Positions 18,874 to 28,357 of a DNA stretch of 47,417 nt are shown one piece after another. The notes under the pieces were generated by a model. It had not been told where the DNA came from, made no database searches, and saw only the letters and a list, made by a program, of their open reading frames with translations. This DNA is from Crocinitomicaceae bacterium (GTDB taxonomy: Bacteria; Bacteroidota; Bacteroidia; Flavobacteriales_D; Crocinitomicaceae), in the NCBI GenBank assembly GCA_044371695.1, contig JBILTD010000001.1, positions 1-47,417 of the forward strand, read 5' to 3'. The first letter of the stretch is position 1, and every line of letters begins with the position of its first letter. Both the position numbers and the translations under genes were made by a program.

Positions 18874-19213
18874 AGAGTTTTGCTTATAGTTTTTCAAACT
18901 AAATCAGGGATACAAAATTTGTTAAAATTCGGTCTCGAATCAATTAAAGAAATTAACATTTATTTGAGGTTTTCAACACCAATTTCCGCAATCCTTTCTA
19001 CATCAACGCTTCCGTGGATTTCAACATGCGAAATAAAGATATTCACACGTTTTGAAAGCGGGTATTGATAATTTTTAGTAAAAAAATTGGCTGTTTGAAA
19101 CGATAATTTTTGTATGAAAAGAAACCACTATAAAATTAGCGAAGGGCTTGGCATTTTTCAAGACACAATTCAAGCAGTTTTGAACACGTTAATGTTGAAT
19201 AACATGAATAGCG

Positions 19214-19936
19214 ATGATCAAATACTTTAGTGGCTTAGGTTTAGTACTAAAAAATTATTCTGATGGTTTAGGACACCTCATTTTTACCAATGTTTGTTTG
19301 CACTGCAACCAAGAATTGGTTCATTCAGAAAAATACTTGTGTTTTAGTTGTTGGGAACAACTTGAGTCTACTTTTTATGAAAAAGAAAAGCAAGCAAACA
19401 AGTTGGAACGGATATTCTGGGGACGGGTTCAAGTGAAGTATGCTTGCTCCGTTTATTTTTATGCGAAAGGCTCAGTGAGTCAGTCACTTATTAGGGCTTT
19501 GAAATACGATTTTAAAGCGCCATTGGGTATTTATCTTGGAGAGCTCATGGCGCAAAAATTGGCTGCACATCCATTAAGTCAGTGTGATTATTTATTGCCA
19601 GTACCAATTCATCCAAGGAAGAAATTTGCTCGGGGCTATAATCAGAGTGAGTTGTTGGCTCGTGGGCTTGCTAAAAGTTGGGGAACACCAATATTGAGTC
19701 AGTTAGCCAAGAAAAAAAGATATACAAATAGCCAAACCAAATTAGACCGTTTTGGACGCTGGGATAATGTGCAAGATATTTTTAGAAGCAGCGAGATTTT
19801 GACTCCCGGAGCCCATGTTTTAATTGTGGACGACGTTATTACTACAGGCGCTACTTTGGAGGCATTGGTTAGGGCAATACAGGCGGTGAATCCTGAAATT
19901 CAGATTAGTTTGCTTAGCTTCGCATTTACAAAATAA
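19214..19936 (+). CDS. comF: ComF-family phosphoribosyltransferase-domain protein
   Basis: N-terminal double CxxC (CLHCNQ...CFSCW) and the PRTase motif LIVDDVITTGATL. Confidence 0.8.
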   Translation: MIKYFSGLGLVLKNYSDGLGHLIFTNVCLHCNQELVHSEKYLCFSCWEQLESTFYEKEKQANKLERIFWGRVQVKYACSVYFYAKGSVSQSLIRALKYDFKAPLGIYLGELMAQKLAAHPLSQCDYLLPVPIHPRKKFARGYNQSELLARGLAKSWGTPILSQLAKKKRYTNSQTKLDRFGRWDNVQDIFRSSEILTPGAHVLIVDDVITTGATLEALVRAIQAVNPEIQISLLSFAFTK

Positions 19937-19945
19937 TTTGGCGTA

Positions 19946-20986
19946 TTGGGACGGATTTTAATTTTTGGAGCAGGCCTTGCCGGCACTTGTTTAGCGCATC
20001 AATTATTGCGGAGAGGTCAAGAGGTTTTGATTATTGACTCTGGCGACAATCATTCAAGTAGCATTGCTGCCGGAATGGTCAACCCCATGGTTTTCAGGCG
20101 CATGAATAAGTCTTGGCGCCTCGATGAATTCATTAATGAGGCACAAGTATTTTATCAAGAGATTGGCAGTGAAATAGGCCAAGATTTCTTTCATCCTATT
20201 GTCATTCGTCGTTTTTTCTCTTCTGAGCAAGAGAAACAGCTATGGGAAGAGCGCCAAGACATGGCCGAATTTCAACCTTATTTAGAAAAATTAACTTCAG
20301 ACGATCTCTTACATCAAGGGGCGACCAATTTATTTGGAAGCGGCCGGGTAAAACAAGCTTTTTGGATAGATGCACAAAAGTGGGTCGCACAAAATAGCAC
20401 ATACTTTCGAGAAAAAGGACAGCTCTCAACTGAAGAATTTGAACCTGAATATTGGAACCCGAGCACCCGAAGCTACCGTAATATTACTTATGACAAAGTC
20501 ATTTTTTGTTTAGGATTCAGACAAAAATCGGAGGCCACCTTTTCCTTTTTGCCCTTGCAACAAACCAAAGGACAAACGCTACTCATTCAAAGTAAAGCTT
20601 TGCCCGAAAATGAATCATTGAACAGAAAATGTTTTGTGCTACCGGTGGGCGAGCAACAATTCAAAGTTGGCGCTACTTATGAATGGAATAATGCCAGTCT
20701 TGATACAACGCCAGAAGCCCAGACGCAATTATTAAATATGTTGGCTTCGCTCGGCAACTATGACCCACAAATTCTTGAGCAAAAAGCTGGTGTCAGACCA
20801 ACTGTTTTGGACCGCCGACCTTTGATGGGCGAACACCCAACATATCAAGGGGTTTATATCTTTAATGGGTTAGGCACAAAAGGATACATGATGGCCCCAA
20901 CTTTGGCCTCAGAACTTGCTGATTTCATGCTCGAACAAAAGCCTTTGGACCCCGAGACCGACATTCGCAGATTTATACAGATTTAG
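19946..20986 (+). CDS. FAD-dependent oxidoreductase (DAO family)
   Basis: TTG start and Rossmann motif [30 protein letters not shown]. The substrate cannot be inferred. Confidence 0.7.
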   Translation: MGRILIFGAGLAGTCLAHQLLRRGQEVLIIDSGDNHSSSIAAGMVNPMVFRRMNKSWRLDEFINEAQVFYQEIGSEIGQDFFHPIVIRRFFSSEQEKQLWEERQDMAEFQPYLEKLTSDDLLHQGATNLFGSGRVKQAFWIDAQKWVAQNSTYFREKGQLSTEEFEPEYWNPSTRSYRNITYDKVIFCLGFRQKSEATFSFLPLQQTKGQTLLIQSKALPENESLNRKCFVLPVGEQQFKVGATYEWNNASLDTTPEAQTQLLNMLASLGNYDPQILEQKAGVRPTVLDRRPLMGEHPTYQGVYIFNGLGTKGYMMAPTLASELADFMLEQKPLDPETDIRRFIQI

Positions 20987-21022
20987 GGCTTAATCTAAGC
21001 TTGTTATATGCTATAGATTGCT

Positions 21023-21030
21023 TACTTTTG
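21023..21030 (+). promoter_or_regulatory. candidate -7 promoter box (TACTTTTG) immediately upstream of lepA
   Basis: Exact TAnnTTTG match only 6 nt before the ATG at 21037. It would imply a leaderless or near-leaderless transcript, so confidence is low. Confidence 0.3.
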
Positions 21031-21036
21031 TTGCCT

Positions 21037-22833
21037 ATGAATCACATTCGCAATTTTTGCATTATTGCCCATATCGATCACGGTAAAAGCACCCTTGCAG
21101 ACCGCCTTCTCCAGACCACCGGAACCATTTCTGATCGAGAAATGCAAGCTCAAGCACTTGACGACATGGACCTTGAACGCGAACGCGGCATTACCATCAA
21201 GTCCCATGCGATTCAAATGAATTATAAATTTGAAGGCCAAGATTATGTCTTGAACCTCATCGATACCCCGGGGCACGTCGATTTTTCTTACGAAGTATCT
21301 CGTTCAATTGCCGCTTGTGAAGGCGCACTCTTAATTGTTGACGCTTCGCAAGGAATCGAAGCCCAAACGATATCCAACCTTTACCTTGCCCTAGAGCACG
21401 ACCTCGAAATCATCCCGATCCTCAATAAAATGGACCTTCCTGGCGCTATGCCCGAAGAGGTGTCAGATCAAATCATTGATTTAATTGGTTGTGATCCTGA
21501 AGACATCATTCCGGCCTCAGGGAAAACGGGTTTAGGTGTAGACAAAATTCTAGAAGCAGTAGTGAAGCGCATTCCGGCTCCAAAAGGAGAAGAAAACGCA
21601 CCGTTACAAGCCATGATCTTCGACTCCGTATTCAATCCATTTCGCGGCATCATTGCTTACTATCGCGTTAAAAATGGGGTATTAAAGAAAGGGCAAAAAG
21701 TCCGCTTTTTAAATACTGGCCGTGACTACAACGCTGATGAGGTGGGTATTCTAAAAATGGATTTACTCCCTAAAAACGAAGTAAGGGCAGGCGATGTTGG
21801 TTATATCATTTCCGGTATCAAAGCCGCCAACGAAGTAAAAGTCGGGGACACCATTACAGGCTCAGATAATCCATGTGAAACCGCCATTAAAGGTTTTGAG
21901 GACGTCAAGCCGATGGTCTTTGCTGGAATTTATCCAGTAGATACCGAAGACTATGAAGAACTGCGCTACTCCATGGAGAAGCTCCAGCTCAATGACTCCT
22001 CTTTGGTTTTCGAACCAGAGTCTTCAGCAGCTCTAGGTTTTGGTTTCCGCTGTGGTTTCTTGGGCATGTTGCACATGGAAATCATTCAAGAACGCCTCGA
22101 GCGCGAGTTCAACATGACGGTCATCACTACCGTTCCAAACGTGTCTTACAAAGCGTACATGAAAAAAGACCCAGACGAAGTGCTGGTTGTCAATAATCCT
22201 TCAGAGCTCCCTGACCCATCGGGTATGGATCGCATTGAAGAGCCATATATCAAAGCACAAGTGATCACAAAAACCGAATACGTAGGTTCTGTCATGACAC
22301 TTTGCATTGAGAAACGCGGCGAACTCAAAAATCAGGTTTACCTCACGCAAGATCGCGTTGAAATTACTTTTGAAATGCCACTTGCTGAAATCGTATTCGA
22401 TTTCTATGACCGCCTCAAATCAGTTTCTCGTGGTTATGCTTCCTTTGACTACCATCCAATTGGTTATCAAGAATCTGATTTGGTTAAAATGGACTTACTG
22501 CTCAATGGCGAACAAGTCGATGCTTTATCAGCACTAGTTCACCGCAGTAATGCTTTTGACCTCGGTAAAAAAATCTGTGTGAAGCTCAGAGAACTTATCC
22601 CGCGTCAGCAATTTGAAATTCCAATTCAAGCAGCAATTGGTGCAAAAGTTATTGCCCGTGAAACTATCAAAGCATTGCGCAAGGACGTAACTGCAAAATG
22701 TTATGGTGGTGACATCACCCGTAAAAGAAAGCTTCTTGAAAAACAGAAGGCAGGTAAAAAACGCATGCGCCAAGTAGGCCGTGTCGAGGTGCCGCAAGAA
22801 GCCTTCTTGGCCGTTCTTAAACTCAATGATTAA
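21037..22833 (+). CDS. lepA: translation elongation factor 4
   Basis: [28 protein letters not shown] and the LepA-specific C-terminal domain. The ATG at 21037 (MNHIRNF) is preferred over the tracked TTG at 21001. Confidence 0.95.
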   Translation: MNHIRNFCIIAHIDHGKSTLADRLLQTTGTISDREMQAQALDDMDLERERGITIKSHAIQMNYKFEGQDYVLNLIDTPGHVDFSYEVSRSIAACEGALLIVDASQGIEAQTISNLYLALEHDLEIIPILNKMDLPGAMPEEVSDQIIDLIGCDPEDIIPASGKTGLGVDKILEAVVKRIPAPKGEENAPLQAMIFDSVFNPFRGIIAYYRVKNGVLKKGQKVRFLNTGRDYNADEVGILKMDLLPKNEVRAGDVGYIISGIKAANEVKVGDTITGSDNPCETAIKGFEDVKPMVFAGIYPVDTEDYEELRYSMEKLQLNDSSLVFEPESSAALGFGFRCGFLGMLHMEIIQERLEREFNMTVITTVPNVSYKAYMKKDPDEVLVVNNPSELPDPSGMDRIEEPYIKAQVITKTEYVGSVMTLCIEKRGELKNQVYLTQDRVEITFEMPLAEIVFDFYDRLKSVSRGYASFDYHPIGYQESDLVKMDLLLNGEQVDALSALVHRSNAFDLGKKICVKLRELIPRQQFEIPIQAAIGAKVIARETIKALRKDVTAKCYGGDITRKRKLLEKQKAGKKRMRQVGRVEVPQEAFLAVLKLND

Positions 22834-22850
22834 ACCTTAAAACCCAGCAT

Positions 22851-23279
22851 ATGAATATTTTAGTTAGTGCACATTCCGGTCTACGTTGGATCGCATTAGT
22901 GCTTTTGCTTTTGGCTATTTACAATGCTTTTACTGCCAAAGAATACGAAAAGAAGCACCGTTTGGTGAATATGTTTGCCATGATTTCATTACACACCCAA
23001 TTGCTTATTGGTTTGGTACTGTATTTCACCTCAGATAAAGTTCAATTTATTGAGGGCTGGATGAAATCTCCATTACTTCGTTTTTACGGAATGGAACATT
23101 TAGCAGGTATGCTCATCGCTATTGTTTTGGTCACAATTGGTCATAGCAAATCGAAAAAAGCAGTATCAAGTTCAGATAAATTCAAGGCAATCAAGCTTTG
23201 GTATGTGCTTGCACTCGTTCTAATCTTAGCTTTCATTCCTTGGCCATTTAGAACAGCATTAGGCGCAGGATGGTTCTAA
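22851..23279 (+). CDS. four-helix integral membrane protein (cytochrome-b-like small membrane protein family)
   Basis: Four hydrophobic segments, with conserved-looking HSGLRWIALVLLLLAI at the N-terminus. It overlaps the cytochrome c gene by 10 nt. Confidence 0.5.
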   Translation: MNILVSAHSGLRWIALVLLLLAIYNAFTAKEYEKKHRLVNMFAMISLHTQLLIGLVLYFTSDKVQFIEGWMKSPLLRFYGMEHLAGMLIAIVLVTIGHSKSKKAVSSSDKFKAIKLWYVLALVLILAFIPWPFRTALGAGWF

Positions 23280-23602
23280 GCAAACTTAGTTTATTAGCAA
23301 CCTTGATGTTGCTTTTTGTTTCTTGTCAAGACACACCTAAAACAGAAGGCATTCAAACACAAGAAACGCCTGCACAAAAAGCAGCTAGTCTTTACTCCAT
23401 GCACTGTGCACAATGCCATGGTGAAGATGGCAAACTTGGTGCGAGTGGCGCTAAAGACCTGAGCCAATCTCGTCTCTCAGATGCGGCTATTCTTCAAATT
23501 ATTAAAAAAGGCAAGAACGCGATGCCTCCCATGGAAGCTTTGCTTGAAAATGCTGAAAACATCGAACTAGTAGCTCAACATATCAAAGGCCTGCGCAGAT
23601 AA
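23270..23602 (+). CDS. class I c-type cytochrome lipoprotein
   Basis: Lipobox LLFVSC, haem motif CAQCHG and a distal Met region KNAMPPM. Confidence 0.8.
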   Translation: MVLSKLSLLATLMLLFVSCQDTPKTEGIQTQETPAQKAASLYSMHCAQCHGEDGKLGASGAKDLSQSRLSDAAILQIIKKGKNAMPPMEALLENAENIELVAQHIKGLRR

Positions 23603-24789
23603 TGGAAGGACACGTAACTGTAGATGCTGTTGAAGAACGTTGTGTTCTTGTGGGTGTAATTACCTCAGAAGTTACCGAAGAAGTAGCTCAAGAACACCTC
23701 GATGAACTCGAGTTTTTAGCTGAAACCGCTGGTGCTATCACCGTCGAGAAGTTTTTTCAAAAATTACCTTACCCAAATCCTCGTACATATGTAGGTACCG
23801 GTAAGCTCGAAGAAATCAAGCAGTACATGAAGGCGCTCGACATCGAACTCATCATTTTTGACGACGAACTGAGCCCATCTCAACTCAGAAATATTGAAAG
23901 AGAACTTGAATGTAAGGTCCTGGACCGAACCATTTTGATTCTTGACATCTTTGCAAGCAGAGCCCGAACTTTTCATGCCAAAACGCAAGTTGAACTGGCG
24001 CAGTTGCAGTACATGTTGCCTCGTCTAACCCGCATGTGGACGCACCTTGAAAGACAAAAAGGGGGTATTGGTTTACGCGGCCCTGGTGAATCTCAAATTG
24101 AAACGGACAGACGTATTATTCAACAACGCATTGCCCTCATGAAGGAGCGACTCCGTGAAATTGATAAACAAATGACCGTTCAGCGCAGTAATCGTGGGCA
24201 ATTAGTCCGAGTTGCGTTAGTAGGTTACACCAATGTGGGCAAAAGCACCATCATGAACTTGTTGTCAAAGTCCGATGTATTTGCCGAGAACAAACTTTTC
24301 GCAACACTAGATACAACGGTTCGAAAAGTCGTCATTGACAACATGCCTTTGTTACTTACAGATACGGTTGGGTTTATCAGAAAATTGCCGCAACAATTGA
24401 TGGAGTCTTTTAAATCTACACTTGATGAGGTCAGGGAGGCAGATTTATTAGTGCACGTTTTAGATATTGCGCACCCAAATTTCGAGGAGCATTATGAAGT
24501 GGTCAATGAAACACTGAATGAAATAGATAAGTCCGAAAAGCCAACTATAATCGTATTTAATAAAATTGATGCGTATCAGCCACCTTTAGCTGAACTCAAC
24601 GAACCAGAAGAAGACATCACTACTTTAGATTCCTTGAAAAAATCTTGGATGGCAAAAATGGGCAAAACAAAATGTGTTTTTATTTCGGCCACTGACAAGG
24701 ACAACGTAGATGAATTAAAAGAAGTTCTATACCACGAAGTCAAAGAGATTTTCAAAATCAGGTATCCTTACAATAACTTCTTATATTAA
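23602..24789 (+). CDS. hflX: ribosome-associated GTPase HflX
   Basis: HflX N-terminal domain followed by G1 GYTNVGKST, G3 DTVGFI and G4 NKID. The start overlaps the cytochrome c stop (TAATG). Confidence 0.95.
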   Translation: MEGHVTVDAVEERCVLVGVITSEVTEEVAQEHLDELEFLAETAGAITVEKFFQKLPYPNPRTYVGTGKLEEIKQYMKALDIELIIFDDELSPSQLRNIERELECKVLDRTILILDIFASRARTFHAKTQVELAQLQYMLPRLTRMWTHLERQKGGIGLRGPGESQIETDRRIIQQRIALMKERLREIDKQMTVQRSNRGQLVRVALVGYTNVGKSTIMNLLSKSDVFAENKLFATLDTTVRKVVIDNMPLLLTDTVGFIRKLPQQLMESFKSTLDEVREADLLVHVLDIAHPNFEEHYEVVNETLNEIDKSEKPTIIVFNKIDAYQPPLAELNEPEEDITTLDSLKKSWMAKMGKTKCVFISATDKDNVDELKEVLYHEVKEIFKIRYPYNNFLY

Positions 24790-24804
24790 GCTGTAAAGCT
24801 TGGC

Positions 24805-26955
24805 TTACACGACTAAGTCGAGGTCAATTTGTCTTTTGCGCGTGCTTACTTGATCAATTCTAACCTTTACTCGGTCTCCAAACTGATACGTGCGTTTAGT
24901 TTTAGCCCCTACAATCTGGAATTTTTCTTGGTCAAAATAGAAGCGATCGCCAGGAATAGCTATCATAGGTACCATGCCTTCACAATAGATGTCGTCCATC
25001 CGTACAAATATGCCATGCTCTGCTATTCCTGAAATGGTGCCTTCAAATTCTTCACCAACAAAATCATGGGCATAAACCGCTTGAAAATATTTGGTAGACT
25101 CGCGTTCAGCCTCGGCAGCTTTGCGTTCATTTTTAGAAATTCTTTGACAAATGGAGCCTAGTTCCGAGCCGTATTTGTGTTTTTTAGTAGTAAGATCTTC
25201 TTGTAAAATCCGGTGAACCACTAAATCAGCGTAACGACGAATAGGAGAAGTGAAATGGGTGTAATGCTTAAATGCAAGCCCATAATGCCCAATATTTACG
25301 GTATCGTAACTTGCTTTAGCCATCGAGCGAATGGCCATAGACTGCACCAAAGAAAATTCATTTTCACCGCGAATTTCTTCAAATAATTCATTGAGGTTTT
25401 TGGCAATATTCAGTGGGTCATGAATATTTACTTTGTGTCCAAATTTTTCAATGAAAACCGCGAACAGTTCCATTTTAGATGGGTCTGGCGTGTCGTGCAC
25501 ACGGTAGACCATTGGGAAATTTTCCTGCCCTTTTTTCACGGGCGATAATCTTTCGGCAACTTTTCTGTTAGCCAAAAGCATGAATTCTTCAATCAGTTTG
25601 TGTGCGTCTTTAGAAGTTTTGATCACAACGCCTGTCGGGTTGCCATTTTCATCAAGCTTGAAACGCTGCTCTTCTGATTCAATGCTGAGTGCGCCATTTT
25701 TGAGGCGCTGATTTCTGTAATGTTTAGCAAGAGCATCTAATTTCCTGAGCTCTTCAGCATGATCGCCGTCTTTGCCTTCAAGAATTTCTTGCGCCTCTTC
25801 ATAGGTAAAGCGACGGTCAGAGTGAATGACAGTTTTACCAAACCACTCTTGGTGGATTTTCCCTTTTTCATCGATTTCAAATACTGCTGAAAAAGCAAAT
25901 TTATCTTCATGAGGGCGTAAGGAACAAGCCAAATTACTGAGCTGTTCTGGCAACATCGGGATGACGCGGTCAACAAGATACACCGAGTTAGAACGCAATA
26001 GTGCTTCTTGATCCATGGCAGAGCCAGGTCTTACATAATGACTGACGTCAGCGATATGTATACCCACCTCGATGTGCCCATTTTCAAGTGGACGAAAAGA
26101 AAGTGCGTCGTCAAAATCTTTGGCATCAAAGGGGTCAATCGTAAAAGTCAAGATATCGCGAAAATCACGGCGTTGAGCCACTTCTTGGGCATCGAGTTCA
26201 AGACCAACTTGTTCTGCTTCATGCATCACAGCATCGGGGAATACCGGATTGATACCTTGATTGTAAAGTATCGAAAGCATTTCAGTTTCGTTGTTGCCTG
26301 ACTTTCCAAGCCTCACCAAAACTTCACCATAAGGTTTATTGGATGATTGTGGCCAAACGGTGATTTTTACGAGTGCTTTTTCACCTTGAAGTGCGCCGTT
26401 TAATTTTTCGGTAGGAATCTTGATTTCTATACCAGCTCTTGCGTTGTCAGGAACCATTAAGGCGTCGTTCTGACGAATTTGAATGGTACCAACAAACTGA
26501 ACGCGCTCTCTTTCTGTAACCTGAGTAACTGCACCCTCGTCTCTTGATGGCCCTTTTTTAAATACACGAACCTTGACGCGGTCGCCATTCAAAGCCTGAC
26601 CTGTATTACTTGGTGAGATATAAATGTCTTTCTCGTAACCTTCTACAGTTACAAATCCAGCACCTTTTTGAGTAACAGAAATGGTACCTTCAAGTAGGCT
26701 CTCAGCTTCACCTAATTTAAAAGTGTGGTGATTGATTCTTTGGATGGCCTTTTTGGAAGCTAAAACAGAAAGCGAATCGAACACTTGCTGACGAGCTCTG
26801 GGGTCACGGGCATCTAGAAGGGTTGCAATTTGTTTGTGGGTTAGCTCAACGCCAGGATTTTGCTCAAAAACACGCATCACGAGAGAAGTGATGCCGGCTT
26901 TTTTTCTGGGTGCTTCGTTGGGGTTGTGCTTGGGTTTAGATTTTCGTTTGGACAT
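24805..26955 (-). CDS. rnr: ribonuclease R
   Basis: Basic N-terminus, cold-shock-like domains, RNB catalytic core (DPFDAKDFDDALS, HIADVSHYV) and a C-terminal S1 domain. Confidence 0.95.
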   Translation of the reverse strand: MSKRKSKPKHNPNEAPRKKAGITSLVMRVFEQNPGVELTHKQIATLLDARDPRARQQVFDSLSVLASKKAIQRINHHTFKLGEAESLLEGTISVTQKGAGFVTVEGYEKDIYISPSNTGQALNGDRVKVRVFKKGPSRDEGAVTQVTERERVQFVGTIQIRQNDALMVPDNARAGIEIKIPTEKLNGALQGEKALVKITVWPQSSNKPYGEVLVRLGKSGNNETEMLSILYNQGINPVFPDAVMHEAEQVGLELDAQEVAQRRDFRDILTFTIDPFDAKDFDDALSFRPLENGHIEVGIHIADVSHYVRPGSAMDQEALLRSNSVYLVDRVIPMLPEQLSNLACSLRPHEDKFAFSAVFEIDEKGKIHQEWFGKTVIHSDRRFTYEEAQEILEGKDGDHAEELRKLDALAKHYRNQRLKNGALSIESEEQRFKLDENGNPTGVVIKTSKDAHKLIEEFMLLANRKVAERLSPVKKGQENFPMVYRVHDTPDPSKMELFAVFIEKFGHKVNIHDPLNIAKNLNELFEEIRGENEFSLVQSMAIRSMAKASYDTVNIGHYGLAFKHYTHFTSPIRRYADLVVHRILQEDLTTKKHKYGSELGSICQRISKNERKAAEAERESTKYFQAVYAHDFVGEEFEGTISGIAEHGIFVRMDDIYCEGMVPMIAIPGDRFYFDQEKFQIVGAKTKRTYQFGDRVKVRIDQVSTRKRQIDLDLVV

Positions 26956-27704
26956 TAGTGTCTGACAACTAGTTTGCGTGTGATGGTTTTGGAACCAGGG
27001 GCTTCAAAAACCAAAAAATAAACGCCACTATTGAGATCACTGACATTCAACTTGCGATTTCCGGTAAGAAGTTCTTTGGAAATGACATTGCCTAGGGCAT
27101 CCATCATTTTAAGTTGCATTTGCTCAACTCCTGTAAATGAAATATTGACATATTCTGTAGACGGATTAGGAGCTACCGTTATATTGAGTTCATCTTTCAC
27201 TACAGGCTTTACACTCGCTGTGTAATCAACGATGAGGTCAACGGAGTCAAGCATTGAAAGACCGTTTGCGGTGATATAATATCTGAAGTGTGCTTGACCG
27301 TAAGTGTTGTCTTCTGGGTCAGTTGTGATTTTAAGTTTGGCGTATTCTAAAGGCAATAATGCAACAGCTCCTTGATTTGCTGGAGTAGTCCAAGGGTTTG
27401 AATTCATTTGAGAAGACGAATAACAAGTTCCACCAAAAGGATCTGTAGCATGGCCCCAACAAAGTTGCTCTCCCCAGTTGTTAGGTGTGATTAATTTTTT
27501 GCGGGAAACTCGCCAATTGACATTTTGTCCCGTTTCATTGATGACATGAAATTGAATATCAAAAGCACTGCCACTTGTTACGGCTATAGCGTGTGATTGC
27601 CCAGAGATATCAGCAGTTTGACCATCGAGATGAATAACGATTCCGTCTTGAGATAGTGCAATTAAGCTAAAAGTTAAGAAGAGAGAGAGAAATAAGGCCT
27701 TCAT
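26955..27704 (-). CDS. secreted protein of unknown function with a T9SS type-A C-terminal sorting domain
   Basis: Signal peptide MKALFLSLFLTFSLIALSQ. The C-terminus VAPNPSTEYVNISF...SGVYFLVFEA...KLVVRH is typical of Por_Secre_tail. The stop overlaps the rnr ATG (TAATG). Confidence 0.7.
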   Translation of the reverse strand: MKALFLSLFLTFSLIALSQDGIVIHLDGQTADISGQSHAIAVTSGSAFDIQFHVINETGQNVNWRVSRKKLITPNNWGEQLCWGHATDPFGGTCYSSSQMNSNPWTTPANQGAVALLPLEYAKLKITTDPEDNTYGQAHFRYYITANGLSMLDSVDLIVDYTASVKPVVKDELNITVAPNPSTEYVNISFTGVEQMQLKMMDALGNVISKELLTGNRKLNVSDLNSGVYFLVFEAPGSKTITRKLVVRH

Positions 27705-27724
27705 GTTTCGTATTCGTATTTGTT

Positions 27725-27732
27725 CAAATGTA
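27725..27732 (-). promoter_or_regulatory. candidate -7 promoter box (TACATTTG on the minus strand) for the T9SS-cargo/rnr transcript
   Basis: Exact TAnnTTTG match 20 nt upstream of the ATG at 27704. Confidence 0.45.
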
Positions 27733-27789
27733 AGGTTTTCATCGCATTCTACAAAATTTAAGCCATTTTTTCCATCGGCGCTTTTTTTA

Positions 27790-27797
27790 TACTTTTG
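27790..27797 (+). promoter_or_regulatory. candidate -7 promoter box (TACTTTTG) for the tlpA-to-TPR (rpoN) operon
   Basis: Exact TAnnTTTG match 40 nt upstream of the ATG at 27838, in the 133-nt divergent spacer. Confidence 0.4.
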
Positions 27798-27837
27798 GAT
27801 TCGGCAAGGTATTTGTCAACAACTCAAAAATTCATAC

Positions 27838-28353
27838 ATGAAAAACACACTATTTTATCTTTTTGTCGCTTTATTTTCCTTACAGGTTACTGCTCAAGAC
27901 GCTCACGGTGATGATAATGTTGCTAAAAAAGTTCCATCTGTTAAACTTGTTGACATGAAAGGAAAGGCAGTAAACACAGCAGAATTAACTGCAAATGGCC
28001 CTGTAATTATTAGTTTTTGGGCAACTTGGTGCGCTCCTTGTAAAAAAGAACTCAATACTGTCCATGAATTATATGATGATTGGGTTGCAGAAACCGGAGT
28101 TACGCTTGTCGCAGTTGCTATTGACGACGAAAAAACAAAAAGCCAAGTGCCGGTTTATGTAAATGGTAAAGCTTGGGATTACGTGGTTTTAATGGACCCA
28201 AATTGGGATTTCAAACGCGCAATGGGTGTCAATAATGTGCCTCACACATTTTTGGTAGATAAAGATGGAAACATCGTTTATTCGCACAACAATTATGCAC
28301 CAGGTGACGAAGAAAAATTATATCAAGAATTGCTCAAATTGAGCGGAAAATAA
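27838..28353 (+). CDS. periplasmic TlpA-family thioredoxin/disulfide reductase
   Basis: Signal peptide MKNTLFYLFVALFSLQVTAQ, with FWATWCAPCKKE and VPHTFLVDKDGNI. The tracked start at 27703 adds an implausible extension. Confidence 0.85.
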   Translation: MKNTLFYLFVALFSLQVTAQDAHGDDNVAKKVPSVKLVDMKGKAVNTAELTANGPVIISFWATWCAPCKKELNTVHELYDDWVAETGVTLVAVAIDDEKTKSQVPVYVNGKAWDYVVLMDPNWDFKRAMGVNNVPHTFLVDKDGNIVYSHNNYAPGDEEKLYQELLKLSGK

Positions 28354-28357
28354 CCCC

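Noticed and set aside
18874-19213. NrdR box, cobalamin riboswitch or SRP/6S-like RNA upstream of nrdB
   Set aside because: I read both strands and found no NrdR-type palindrome, no B12-box-like core and no long conserved-looking helices. Only the unexplained length is reported.
19114-19230. 38-aa upstream ORF (MKRNHYKISEGLGIF...) overlapping the comF start in another frame
   Set aside because: It has no conservation evidence, and the nearby TAATTTTTG is one base off the -7 consensus spacing. The comF N-terminus starting at 19214 looks complete. It cannot be excluded as a leader peptide, but there is no positive support.
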